NCBI GenBank assembly: GCA_937138255.1
Contig: CAKZOU010000033.1
Coordinates: 14,622-78,621 of the forward strand
DNA: 64,000 bases
Direction of reading: 5' to 3'
Source: an uncultured Rhodobacteraceae bacterium
GTDB taxonomy: Bacteria; Pseudomonadota; Alphaproteobacteria; Rhodobacterales; Rhodobacteraceae
In this document: piece after piece, positions 49,915 through 59,460 of the stretch
Layout of the letters: each line of letters begins with the position of its first letter
Position numbering within the stretch: the first letter of the stretch is position 1
The notes under the pieces: model-generated
The model's database searches: none
Told to the model about the DNA's origin: nothing
Seen by the model: only the letters and a program-made list of their open reading frames with translations
Program-made: the position numbers and the translations under genes

Positions 49915-50706
49915 TCAGGCCCGATGGGCGCCGTCGGCGAGGCTTTTCACGAATGCCAGAATATCGGCCACGCTCTCGCCTTTGGCGATGCGCTCGACAA
50001 TGGCAGACCCCACCACCGCGCCATCAGCCACGCTGGCGATGGTCTGGGCGGCCTCGGGCGTCTTGATACCAAAGCCCACGATCACCGGAAGATCGGTCTT
50101 GGCCTTGATCTGTGCCACCTCGGGGCCGACATCACCTGCCACCGCGTTGGCCGCACCGGTGATCCCGGTGATCGAAACGTAATAGACGAAACCGGAGGTA
50201 TTGGTCAGAACCTTGGGCAGGCGCTTGTCGTCCGTGGTCGGCGTTGCCAGACGGATAAAATTCAGCCCCATCTTCTGCGCCGGAATGCACAGCTCGCCAT
50301 CCTCTTCGGGCGGCAGATCGACAACGATCAGGCCGTCGACACCCGCCTCTTTCGCATCGACAAGGAACTTGTCCACGCCGCGCGAATAGATCGGGTTGTA
50401 ATAGCCCATCATCACGACCGGGGTCTCGTTGTCGTCCTTGCGCAATTCGCGCACCATCTGGAGGGTTTTCTCAAGGGTCTGCCCCTGCGCGAGCGCCCGC
50501 TGACCGGCAAGCTGGATGGTCGGGCCATCGGCCATCGGGTCAGTGAAAGGCATCCCCAGCTCGATCACATCCACACCCGCCGCCGGCAGGCCTTTCACGA
50601 TCTCAAGCGAGGTCTCATAGTCCGGATCGCCCCCCATCACATAGGCGACAAAGCCCTTGCGGCCTTCAGCCTTGAGTTTGGCGAATTTGGCGTCGATCCG
50701 AGTCAT
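49915..50706 (-). CDS. trpA: Tryptophan synthase alpha chain
   Basis: [37 protein letters not shown]. Confidence 0.97.
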   Translation of the reverse strand: MTRIDAKFAKLKAEGRKGFVAYVMGGDPDYETSLEIVKGLPAAGVDVIELGMPFTDPMADGPTIQLAGQRALAQGQTLEKTLQMVRELRKDDNETPVVMMGYYNPIYSRGVDKFLVDAKEAGVDGLIVVDLPPEEDGELCIPAQKMGLNFIRLATPTTDDKRLPKVLTNTSGFVYYVSITGITGAANAVAGDVGPEVAQIKAKTDLPVIVGFGIKTPEAAQTIASVADGAVVGSAIVERIAKGESVADILAFVKSLADGAHRA

Positions 50707-50823
50707 CGTCTTTCCCTCACATGGTCCGAGCGGGTTTGCGGCATGGGCGGGGGAAAATCAAGCCTGAGCCGAGGCACATCCCCCCTTGGAGCAGGATTGT
50801 CGCAGGTTTGAGGTCGGAGAGGT

Positions 50824-51348
50824 TCAGCCGAAAATCGCCGACGGATGATCGGCCATATAGATGCGCAGCCACGGGGTATAGGCCTCGGGCCGCGCCGCAA
50901 TATCCGCCTCCAGCGCCTCGCGCGACATCCAGATGGTTTCCATGACCTCGTCGGGATTGGCTTGGAAGTCCAGATCGGCCGGCGCCTCGGCCACGAAAAG
51001 ATCGACGACCTCGTGCTCGGTCATTCCGCCGCCCACATCGGCACGGTATTCGACCTCCTGTTTCCAGACAGGATCAAGGCCGGTGATCCCAAGCTCCTGA
51101 GCAAGCCGCCTCTGGGCGCAGTCGCGTGGCGCCTCGCCCCACAGCGGATGGGTGCAGCAGGTGTTCGCCCAAAGGCCCGGCGTGTGATACTTGGCCAGCG
51201 CCCGGCGCTGCAACAGGATCTGATCGCCCGCCATGACGAAAACACTCACCGCGCGATGCTTGATCCCGCGCATATGCACCTCGAGCTTGTCGAGCGGCGC
51301 GAGGGCACCGTCAATCCATGCGGGGATCATCTGCGGGTTCTGGATCAT
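50824..51348 (-). CDS. idi: Isopentenyl-diphosphate delta-isomerase type 1
   Basis: HRAVSVF, WANTCCTHP, EHEV, TPWL. Confidence 0.94.
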   Translation of the reverse strand: MIQNPQMIPAWIDGALAPLDKLEVHMRGIKHRAVSVFVMAGDQILLQRRALAKYHTPGLWANTCCTHPLWGEAPRDCAQRRLAQELGITGLDPVWKQEVEYRADVGGGMTEHEVVDLFVAEAPADLDFQANPDEVMETIWMSREALEADIAARPEAYTPWLRIYMADHPSAIFG

Positions 51349-51505
51349 GGGGCAGCGCTTTGCGGCAAAGTGCCGTTCTTGCCAAGCCCCAAATTGCCCC
51401 GCCGACCGTGACCGATCCGCGCGGGGGCTTCAAAACGGCAGGGCTTTGGGATATTTTGCGCGCGTCCAGCCACTCTCAAGCAGAGTCGCCCCTATAGGAG
51501 CAATC

Positions 51506-51955
51506 ATGAAAAACATCGGATTTGCCGCAGCCTTGGCGCTGGCTGCCAGTGTCGCCTCGGCTCAGGACGCCCCTTCGGGCGATGCCGCCAATGGCGAAAC
51601 CCTGTTCGGACGCCAGTGCGTCTCCTGCCACTCGGCCATCAACGCCGAAGGCGAGGTTGTCGCCGGCCGTGGCGCCAAGACCGGCCCCAACCTTTTCGGC
51701 CTCTTGGGTCGCGTCATCGGATCGGTGGAGGGATTCCGCTATGGCGACTCGATCCTCGCAGTCGCCGCGACCGAAGCCGTTTGGGACGAGGCCCCATTTG
51801 TTGCCTATGTTCAGGATCCCACCGATTGGCTCCGCACCACATTGGGTGACGCCCGCGCACGATCGAAGATGGCCTTCAAGGTCAGGTCGGCTGAAGATGC
51901 CGCCGATATCTGGGCCTATCTGGCGACCTTCGGCGCCGACGAGGCCGGGCAATAG
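51506..51955 (+). CDS. Periplasmic cytochrome c2-like class I cytochrome
   Basis: Signal peptide ending ASA, CVSCH, KTGPNL, SKMAF axial Met. Confidence 0.92.
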   Translation: MKNIGFAAALALAASVASAQDAPSGDAANGETLFGRQCVSCHSAINAEGEVVAGRGAKTGPNLFGLLGRVIGSVEGFRYGDSILAVAATEAVWDEAPFVAYVQDPTDWLRTTLGDARARSKMAFKVRSAEDAADIWAYLATFGADEAGQ

Positions 51956-51970
51956 CCCCATTCCGCAAAG

Positions 51971-52009
51971 ATGGCCGCCCCGCACCACTGCCGGGCGGCC
52001 ATTTCTTTG
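51971..52009 (+). terminator. Rho-independent terminator after cytochrome c
   Basis: ATGGCCGCCC...GGGCGGCCAT stem followed by TTCTTTG. Confidence 0.75.
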
Positions 52010-52068
52010 ACATAGCCAGCCGCTTTGCTAGGGTCCTGAGACCCGGCACCTGACCAATGAGACCCAAG

Positions 52069-52407
52069 ATGCAGACCTCCGAATATCGTGTCGAGCCGGC
52101 CCCGCGCCGGGGAACCAAGGCCAAGGGCCTCAAGACAACAGAAGACCGGTTCGCCGCGGCGCTGACCGCCAAGCTCAACGAGATGGCAGCCGAGGGCTGG
52201 GACTATCTGCGCGCCGACACTCTGCCTTGCGACGAACGCAGCGGCATCGCCGGCCGCAGCACGACCTATCACAGCGTTCTGATCTTCGGCCGGGCGAAGG
52301 CCGACGAACCCAAAGCCGAGGCCCCGGCCGCACTGGCCGCCCCCGAGGCAAGCCCGCCCGCGGCCCTTCCCGCCGCCGAAAGCGATGCGCCCAAAAGCGC
52401 CGAGTGA
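52069..52407 (+). CDS. DUF4177-like small protein
   Basis: EYRV, LNEMAAEGWDY, LIFGR, Ala/Pro-rich tail. Confidence 0.75.
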   Translation: MQTSEYRVEPAPRRGTKAKGLKTTEDRFAAALTAKLNEMAAEGWDYLRADTLPCDERSGIAGRSTTYHSVLIFGRAKADEPKAEAPAALAAPEASPPAALPAAESDAPKSAE

Positions 52408-52662
52408 TCAGCGGATATCAATCGCCAGCGCGTGAATGCGGCCGATGATATCCGCGCCCAAGGCGGCATGGATTGCGCGATGCCGGGCGAGACGGTTCAT
52501 CCCGTCAAAGTGCGCCGAGGAAATCACGATCTGCCAATGGCTTTCGCCGCCGTCCTGATAGCCCGCATGGCCGCGGTGCTTTTCGCTGTCGTCGTGAACT
52601 TCTAGAAGCGTCGGCGCAAAGGCCTCGGTCAGACGTGTGGCCATTAGATCGGCAATTCTCAT
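52408..52662 (-). CDS. bolA: BolA family protein
   Basis: DDSEKHRGH, ESH, RLARHR, IHALAI. Confidence 0.9.
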   Translation of the reverse strand: MRIADLMATRLTEAFAPTLLEVHDDSEKHRGHAGYQDGGESHWQIVISSAHFDGMNRLARHRAIHAALGADIIGRIHALAIDIR

Positions 52663-52736
52663 AAATTTTCCTCTGCCCCCTTCAATCTCCGGTCTCAAGG
52701 TTTAAACTGCTGCGTCCGAGTCGGAAAGGTATGCCC

Positions 52737-53369
52737 ATGGTTAAGACAGACCCGTTTGGCTTCGATATGTCGGTATCGGCTTCGAAGAAGAAGAACCCGC
52801 GCGGCCGGCGCGGGATGTCTGGCGCTTTCGATACGTCGACCCGCGTCTGCGACCATCCGGGCTGTGAGGAAGCGGGCAAATACCGGGCGCCGAAATCGCC
52901 CGATGTGCTTGATGACTTCTTCTGGTTCTGCAAGGACCATGTGCGCGAATATAACCTAAAGTGGAACTTCTTCGACGGCGCCTCGGAACAGGAATATCTC
53001 GAGCAGGTCGACAAGGATCGCGTTTGGGAACGCCCGACCAAACCTTTCGGCAAGCGTTCCGAAGAACAGCGGGCCTGGGCGCGCCTCGGCGTTGATGATC
53101 CGCACCAGGTCTTGGGTGAAAACGCGACCCGCAATCCGGGCAAGAACGCAACCGGCACCCGCCGCCTGCCTCCGACCGAGCGCCGCGCGGTCGATATCCT
53201 CGAGGTCAAGGATTCGATGACCAAGGCCGAGATCCGCAAGAGCTACAAGGCGCTGATCAAGGTTCTGCACCCCGATATGAACGGCGGCGACCGGAGCCAG
53301 GAAGAACAGCTGGCTGAAGTTGTCTGGGCCTGGGATCAGATCAAGGTCAGCCGGAACTTCGCCGACTAG
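52737..53369 (+). CDS. DnaJ-domain protein (C-terminal J domain, N-terminal Cys motif)
   Basis: CDHPGC, WFCKDHVREYN, LHPDMNGG. Confidence 0.9.
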   Translation: MVKTDPFGFDMSVSASKKKNPRGRRGMSGAFDTSTRVCDHPGCEEAGKYRAPKSPDVLDDFFWFCKDHVREYNLKWNFFDGASEQEYLEQVDKDRVWERPTKPFGKRSEEQRAWARLGVDDPHQVLGENATRNPGKNATGTRRLPPTERRAVDILEVKDSMTKAEIRKSYKALIKVLHPDMNGGDRSQEEQLAEVVWAWDQIKVSRNFAD

Positions 53370-53836
53370 AGCGCTGGTCCCGCAAGGCTCCTCCAGCGGC
53401 GCACCGCGCGGTGTGTAAGAGCGAGGGTTGCCAAAAGCCCCACCGCTGCCGCCGGGACCGCAAGAAGCGTGATGCAAACCGCAAGCGGCGCGAACATCGT
53501 CCCAAAAACCGGCAGGACCATCGTTCCGCCAGCGATTGCGGCGATGAGCGAGAACTTGATGCCGCCGAGGATCGCCCGAAAAGCGCCCCTGAACCCCGGC
53601 CAACCAAAGTCCTCCCACGAGACCGCAAGCCCGGCCCAAGCTCCGACGGCGCCGGAGAGCGCCACCCAGAGCCCGTAGGAAAGAGGCAGGGCCCCACCTG
53701 CAAGCCGCAATACGGCGACAAGTGCCAAGGTCGCTCCACTGGCGAGGATGAGGCCACTTGCCAAGGCAAGTCCATCGCCCAGCACATGGCCGGAGCGCCG
53801 CAGGGTCGGCAGTTGTAGCGTCAGGGCAGCAGACAT
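53366..53836 (-). CDS. Hypothetical membrane protein
   Basis: About 4 hydrophobic segments, fills the gap between the DnaJ-domain gene and cobS; start uncertain. Confidence 0.55.
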   Translation of the reverse strand: MSAALTLQLPTLRRSGHVLGDGLALASGLILASGATLALVAVLRLAGGALPLSYGLWVALSGAVGAWAGLAVSWEDFGWPGFRGAFRAILGGIKFSLIAAIAGGTMVLPVFGTMFAPLAVCITLLAVPAAAVGLLATLALTHRAVRRWRSLAGPAL

Positions 53837-54019
53837 CGTGGGCCCACCCTGCCGTCTTGACAGGCGCAGGGCCAGAGGCGGCAGCGGCAACGCTCTGTTT
53901 CCCTACTGGCAAAAACCGGCCCGAGACCCGATATATCGCCTCAGCCCCTTCCCCTTGCAGACGCTTGGGATATGGTGCATCCCGAACAGCGAAAAGACGC
54001 CCAGACGAAAGCATCCCCC

Positions 54020-55006
54020 ATGGCCGACGGAATGACCGATATCAACGCGAAACCCACCGAAGAGATCTCGGTCCGCGATGTCTTTGGCATCGACACCGAA
54101 ATGAAGGTGAAGGGCTTTGCCGAACGTGGCGACCGCGTGCCGGATATCGACCCCACCTACAAGTTCGATCCCGACACTACACTCGCGATCCTCGCAGGCT
54201 TTGGCTACAACCGCCGTGTGATGATCCAGGGCTATCACGGCACCGGCAAATCGACCCATATCGAACAGGTTGCCGCGCGGCTCAACTGGCCTTGCGTTCG
54301 CGTCAACCTCGACAGCCACATCAGTCGGATCGACCTCATCGGCAAGGACGCGATCAAGCTCAAGGATGGCAAGCAGGTCACCGAGTTTCACGAGGGCATC
54401 CTGCCTTGGGCGCTTCGCAATCCCGTTGCTATCGTCTTTGACGAATACGATGCGGGTCGCGCCGACGTGATGTTCGTGATCCAGCGGGTTCTCGAGCATG
54501 ACGGCAAGCTCACGCTGATGGATCAAAACGAGATCATCACGCCCAACCCCTATTTCCGCCTCTTCGCCACGGCCAACACCGTGGGCCTTGGCGATACCAC
54601 GGGCCTCTATCACGGCACCCAGCAGATCAACCAGGCGCAGATGGACCGTTGGAGCCTTGTCGCCACGCTGAACTATCTCAGCCACGACGCCGAAACCGCG
54701 ATCGTTCTGTCGAAGGCGCCGCATTACAACACCGACAAGGGCCGCAAGACGATCAGCCAGATGGTGACCGTCGCCGACCTGACCCGCACCGCCTTCATGA
54801 ACGGCGACCTCTCGACCGTGATGAGCCCGCGCACCGTGATCGCCTGGGCCCAGAATGCAGAGATCTTCCGCAACGTGGGCTATGCGTTCCGTCTGTCTTT
54901 CCTGAACAAATGCGATGAGCTGGAGCGCCAGACCGTTGCCGAGTTCTATCAGCGTTGTTTTGACGAGGAGCTTCCCGAAAGTGCTGCGTCTCTCTCACTG
55001 GGCTAA
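54020..55006 (+). CDS. cobS: Aerobic cobaltochelatase AAA+ subunit
   Basis: [27 protein letters not shown]. Confidence 0.95.
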   Translation: MADGMTDINAKPTEEISVRDVFGIDTEMKVKGFAERGDRVPDIDPTYKFDPDTTLAILAGFGYNRRVMIQGYHGTGKSTHIEQVAARLNWPCVRVNLDSHISRIDLIGKDAIKLKDGKQVTEFHEGILPWALRNPVAIVFDEYDAGRADVMFVIQRVLEHDGKLTLMDQNEIITPNPYFRLFATANTVGLGDTTGLYHGTQQINQAQMDRWSLVATLNYLSHDAETAIVLSKAPHYNTDKGRKTISQMVTVADLTRTAFMNGDLSTVMSPRTVIAWAQNAEIFRNVGYAFRLSFLNKCDELERQTVAEFYQRCFDEELPESAASLSLG

Positions 55007-55364
55007 ACTGCCCGCCGCCATCGCTTTGGCCGTCTCGGCCACCGTCGCCTCCGCTCAGGGGCTCGACAGCCTGCCCGAAGAGCAGCAGCTCGGCTATTGC
55101 GCGACCTTCTACATGGCCGAACAGCAGGCTTCGGGAGCCGAGGAAAGCGCGCTTGCCACGGCCTTCCTGCTGCTGGCCGCGCAGATCTCGGAGCAAGAGA
55201 CCGAAGCGCTCGCCGAGAAGCTGCAGCCGGCGGCCGATATGCTGATCGAAACCTTCCAGAAACAAGCCGAGAGCATGACATCGCAGATGATGATCGATTT
55301 CTCGCGCAGCTTCTGTGAGGGGATCACCGAAAACTATGACGAAACGCGCGGCCTTCTCGAGTGA
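54981..55364 (+). CDS. Hypothetical exported protein
   Basis: GTG start after GAGGAG, signal peptide ending ASA-Q, two Cys; GTGA overlap with cobT. Confidence 0.65.
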   Translation: MLRLSHWAKLPAAIALAVSATVASAQGLDSLPEEQQLGYCATFYMAEQQASGAEESALATAFLLLAAQISEQETEALAEKLQPAADMLIETFQKQAESMTSQMMIDFSRSFCEGITENYDETRGLLE

Positions 55365-57235
55365 ACAAACCCTCCGACAACCCGGCTGATCCGTTCAAGA
55401 AGGCGCTCGCCGAGGCCACCAAGGTCATGGCGGACGATCCCGATCTGACGGTCAGCTATTCGGTTGATCCGCCGGGGATGACCGCCGACACAGTGCGCCT
55501 GCCGCAGGTGTCGCGCCGGATGACCCGCGAGGAGGTCTTGCTGGCCCGCGGCACGGCGGACGCCTTCGCGCTGCGCCGCAAGTTTCACGATGATGCCGTG
55601 GCCGCGAAATATGCCCCCCAAGGCCAGATGGCGCGCGATCTTTTCGACGCGATGGAAAACGCCCGCGTCGAAGCGGTGGGTGCCCGCTATATGCCCGGCA
55701 CCGCTGGCAACATCGACGCCAAGATCGCCAACGAGGCCCGCCGCAAGGGCTATGACCAGATCACCCAAGCGTCGGACGCGCCTTTGGCCACCGCCGCCGG
55801 CTATCTGATCCGCCACCTCGCAACAGGGCGCCCCCTGCCCGCAGGCGCCGACAATGTGATGGAGCTTTGGCGCGGGTTCATCGAGGATCAGGCAGGCGGC
55901 ACGCTTGACGGGCTTGAAAGCGCTCTAACCAGTCAAAAGGATTTCGCCCGCTTCGCACGCCAGATCATCTCCGATCTCGGCTATGGCGATCAACTGGGCG
56001 ACGATCCCGACCTGAACGACGATCAGGACGACGAGGCGCAGGACGAGGCCGCCGACGAAGAGCAGCAAGACAATCAGGGCGAGGACGACAGCGACGGCGA
56101 AGAGGCCGAGGCCAACCCCGAGCAATCGCAGGACCAGACGCAGGACGAGAGCCAGGCGCAGGTGACGCTCGACGAGATGTCGGGCGATGAAGACACCGAA
56201 GAGACCGAGATGCCCGAGGGCGAGGCGCCGCTCGATCCGCCGCCGCCCCCGCCCCTGTCGGATGCCGATCCCAACTACAAAGCCTATGTCACCGAGTTCG
56301 ACGAGGAAATCGGCGCCGAAGAGCTGGCCGAACAGGCCGAGCTCGAGCGCCTGCGCGCCTATCTCGACCAGCAACTCGACCCGCTCAAAGGCGCGGTGAG
56401 CCGCCTTGCCAACAAGCTCCAGCGCCGCTTGCAGGCGCAGCAGAACCGAAGCTGGGAGTTTGACCGCGAGGAAGGCATCCTCGATGCCGGCCGCCTCGCC
56501 CGCGTTGTGGCCAACCCGACGACGCCTCTCTCGTTCAAGGTCGAGAAAGACACCGAGTTCCGCGACACCGTGGTGACCCTTTTGATCGACAATTCCGGCT
56601 CGATGCGTGGCCGCCCGATCTCCATCGCCGCGATCTGTGCCGATGTTCTGGCCCGCACGCTCGAACGCTGCGCCGTGAAGGTCGAGATCCTCGGCTTCAC
56701 CACCCGCGCCTGGAAAGGCGGCCTCAGCCGCGAGAAATGGCTCGCCCAAGGGCGCGAGCTGCAGCCCGGCCGCCTGAATGACCTGCGCCACATCGTCTAT
56801 AAATCCGCCGACGCGCCGTGGCGGCGCACGCGCGAGAACCTTGGACTGATGATGAAGGAAGGGCTCCTGAAGGAGAACATCGACGGCGAGGCGCTCGAAT
56901 GGGCACACCGGCGGCTTTTGGGGCGGCGCGAGCAGCGCAAGATCCTCATGGTGATCTCGGATGGCGCGCCGGTGGACGACTCAACTTTGTCGGTCAACCC
57001 CGCGAATTATCTGGAAAAACACCTGCGCGACGTGATCGCAATGGTGGAAAAGCGCAAGGCTGTCGAACTTCTCGCCATCGGCATCGGCCACGACGTGACC
57101 CGCTATTACCAGCGCGCCGTGACCATCACCGATGTCGAGCAACTCGCGGGCGCCATGACCGAGCAACTCGCCAGCCTCTTTGACAGCGATCCGCGCAAAC
57201 GCGCGCGGATTCTGGGGATGAAGAAGGTCGGATAA
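55361..57235 (+). CDS. cobT: Aerobic cobaltochelatase vWA subunit
   Basis: Acidic linker, [28 protein letters not shown]. Confidence 0.95.
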   Translation: MNKPSDNPADPFKKALAEATKVMADDPDLTVSYSVDPPGMTADTVRLPQVSRRMTREEVLLARGTADAFALRRKFHDDAVAAKYAPQGQMARDLFDAMENARVEAVGARYMPGTAGNIDAKIANEARRKGYDQITQASDAPLATAAGYLIRHLATGRPLPAGADNVMELWRGFIEDQAGGTLDGLESALTSQKDFARFARQIISDLGYGDQLGDDPDLNDDQDDEAQDEAADEEQQDNQGEDDSDGEEAEANPEQSQDQTQDESQAQVTLDEMSGDEDTEETEMPEGEAPLDPPPPPPLSDADPNYKAYVTEFDEEIGAEELAEQAELERLRAYLDQQLDPLKGAVSRLANKLQRRLQAQQNRSWEFDREEGILDAGRLARVVANPTTPLSFKVEKDTEFRDTVVTLLIDNSGSMRGRPISIAAICADVLARTLERCAVKVEILGFTTRAWKGGLSREKWLAQGRELQPGRLNDLRHIVYKSADAPWRRTRENLGLMMKEGLLKENIDGEALEWAHRRLLGRREQRKILMVISDGAPVDDSTLSVNPANYLEKHLRDVIAMVEKRKAVELLAIGIGHDVTRYYQRAVTITDVEQLAGAMTEQLASLFDSDPRKRARILGMKKVG

Positions 57236-57285
57236 CCGACTGCAATCATTTATTTAAGATCGGGCTAGGCCCTTGGGAGTCTGAA

Positions 57286-59091
57286 ATGTTCCAATCCTTC
57301 GAGTCCACCTCTTCGCCCGAACAAGGCCCGGCCCGCCTCGCGGCGCTTCGTGCCGAAATCGCCGCAGAGGGCCTCGCGGGCTTCATCGTCCCCCGCGCCG
57401 ATGCGCATCAGGGTGAGTATGTGGCCGATTGCGATGCCCGCCTCGCCTGGCTTTCGGGCTTTACCGGTTCCGCCGGCTTTTGCGCTGTCCTACCCGAGAT
57501 CGCGGGCGTTTTCGTCGATGGCCGCTATCGCCTTCAGGTCCGCTCGCAGGTCGCGCTCGAGGCTTTCACCCCCGTTGACTGGCCCGAGGTCGGCCTTGCC
57601 GACTGGCTGATCGAGCATCTGCCCGAAGGGGGCGAAGTCGGCTTCGACCCGTGGCTCCATAGCGTCGACGAGATCACCAAGCTCCGCGCCAAGCTGACCC
57701 CCAAGCGCATCGCCCTCACGCCCATCGCCAACCTCGTGGACCGCATCTGGCAGGATCGGCCCGCCCCGCCCAGCGCCCCTTTTGAGGCCTATCCGCTGGA
57801 CCATGCGGGCGAGGCACATGAGGCCAAGCTGACGCGTCTGGGCAAGGCGCTCGAGGACGGCGGCTATGCTGCGGCGGCGATCACGCTGACCGACAGCGTG
57901 GCGTGGCTCCTCAACATTCGCGGCCATGATATCCAGTGCAACCCCGTCCCCCATGCCTTTGCGATCCTCAATGCCGACGGCACCTGCGATCTCTTCTGCC
58001 GCGCGGGCAAGGCCGATGCGGTAGCGGCCCATCTGGGCAGCAAGGTCCGCCTGCAGGACGAAGAGGATTTCGCCACGGTTCTCGCCTCGGGCGAGGGCAA
58101 GGTGCTTCTCGATGCCCGCTCCGGCCCGCAGGCGCTGGCCGATGCGATGGACGCGGCCGACCGGCCCTGGGAGGCGGGTGCCGATCCTTGCGTCCTGCCC
58201 AAGGCCTGCAAGAACGAGACCGAGATTGAAGGAATGCGCGAGGCGCATCTGCGGGATGGCGCGGCAGTATGCCGGTTCCTCGCATGGATGGCATCCGAGG
58301 CCCCCAAGGGCGGCCTGACCGAGATCGACGTGGCGACCGCCCTCGAGGGTTTTCGGCGCGATACCAATGCGCTTCTCGATATCAGCTTCGAGTCCATCGT
58401 CGGCGCCGGCCCCAACGGCGCGATCATGCACTACCGCGTCACCCACGAGACCAACCGCCCAGTGAAGGCGGGCGAGTTGGTGGTGGTCGATTCCGGCGGC
58501 CAGTATCTCGACGGGACCACCGATATCACCCGCACCGTGGGGGTGGGCGCGGTTGGCGAGGACGAAAAGCGCTGCTACACCCGCGTGTTGCAGGGGATGA
58601 TCGCGATCAGCCGCGCGCGGTTCCCCAAGGGCGTGGCCGGAGCCCACCTTGACGCGCTCGCCCGTTTCCCGCTTTGGGCCGAGGGCAAGGATTTCGACCA
58701 TGGCACGGGCCACGGCGTCGGTGCCTATCTCTGCGTCCACGAAGGGCCGCAGCGGATCAGCCGCGTGTCGGACATCCCGCTCGAGCCGGGGATGATCCTG
58801 TCGAACGAGCCGGGCTATTATCGCAACGGCGCCTTCGGCATCCGCATCGAGAACCTGATCGTCGTGAAGGCGGGCGAGGCCATTGAAGGCGGCGATCCGC
58901 AGCGCAAGCTCCTGTCGTTCGAGACCATCACCTTCGCTCCCCTCGACCGCGCCCTGATCGTGACGAGCCTTTTGTCGCAGGACGAACGCGCCTGGATCGA
59001 CGATTATCACGCACAAACGCTGACCAAGATCGCCCCCCGCCTCGACGGGGCGGCTCTTGACTGGCTCAAAGGTGCTTGCGCCCCGCTCTGA
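57286..59091 (+). CDS. Aminopeptidase P (M24B)
   Basis: DSGGQYLDGTTDITRT, HGTGHGVG, VHEGP, SNEPG, GIRIEN. Confidence 0.94.
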   Translation: MFQSFESTSSPEQGPARLAALRAEIAAEGLAGFIVPRADAHQGEYVADCDARLAWLSGFTGSAGFCAVLPEIAGVFVDGRYRLQVRSQVALEAFTPVDWPEVGLADWLIEHLPEGGEVGFDPWLHSVDEITKLRAKLTPKRIALTPIANLVDRIWQDRPAPPSAPFEAYPLDHAGEAHEAKLTRLGKALEDGGYAAAAITLTDSVAWLLNIRGHDIQCNPVPHAFAILNADGTCDLFCRAGKADAVAAHLGSKVRLQDEEDFATVLASGEGKVLLDARSGPQALADAMDAADRPWEAGADPCVLPKACKNETEIEGMREAHLRDGAAVCRFLAWMASEAPKGGLTEIDVATALEGFRRDTNALLDISFESIVGAGPNGAIMHYRVTHETNRPVKAGELVVVDSGGQYLDGTTDITRTVGVGAVGEDEKRCYTRVLQGMIAISRARFPKGVAGAHLDALARFPLWAEGKDFDHGTGHGVGAYLCVHEGPQRISRVSDIPLEPGMILSNEPGYYRNGAFGIRIENLIVVKAGEAIEGGDPQRKLLSFETITFAPLDRALIVTSLLSQDERAWIDDYHAQTLTKIAPRLDGAALDWLKGACAPL

Positions 59092-59112
59092 GGGCAATTT
59101 TTGGAGGGGCAG

Positions 59113-59454
59113 ATGCCCGAACGTTTCAAGATCCGCCCCCTCGAGGGCACATGGGTGGTGCGCGCCGGCGGGGCCATCCTGGCCGAGACCGACAATGCGC
59201 TGGAACTGAACGAAGGCGATCTGCCGCCCGTCATCTATTTCCCGCGCTCGGATATCGCCATGGCTTTTCTTGAGGCAACCGACACCCACGCGACCTGCAT
59301 CCACAAGGGCGAAGCTCATTACTACACGATCGTCGCCAAAAGCGGCCCGATCAAGGACGCAGCCTGGACCTATGCCGAGCCGAAAAAGCCGGTGGGCGAG
59401 ATCGCGTGCTACATCGCTTTTGACACCGAACGAGTGGCGGTCGAAGAGCTCTAG
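59113..59454 (+). CDS. DUF427 domain protein
   Basis: YFPRSD, CIHKGEAHYY, AAWTY. Confidence 0.85.
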   Translation: MPERFKIRPLEGTWVVRAGGAILAETDNALELNEGDLPPVIYFPRSDIAMAFLEATDTHATCIHKGEAHYYTIVAKSGPIKDAAWTYAEPKKPVGEIACYIAFDTERVAVEEL

Positions 59455-59460
59455 CGCCCC

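Noticed and set aside
49915..50706. trpA without adjacent trpB; likewise gatB without gatCA and cobST without cobN
   Set aside because: Split arrangements of these genes are common in this group.
53890..54020. Cobalamin riboswitch upstream of cobS
   Set aside because: No B12-box or other conserved core visible; region is short.
55990..56260. Repetitive GAC/GAG/CAG-rich tract
   Set aside because: Encodes the normal acidic linker of CobT; not a tandem repeat or CRISPR.
57490..59319. 609-aa minus-strand ORF
   Set aside because: Antisense shadow of aminopeptidase P.
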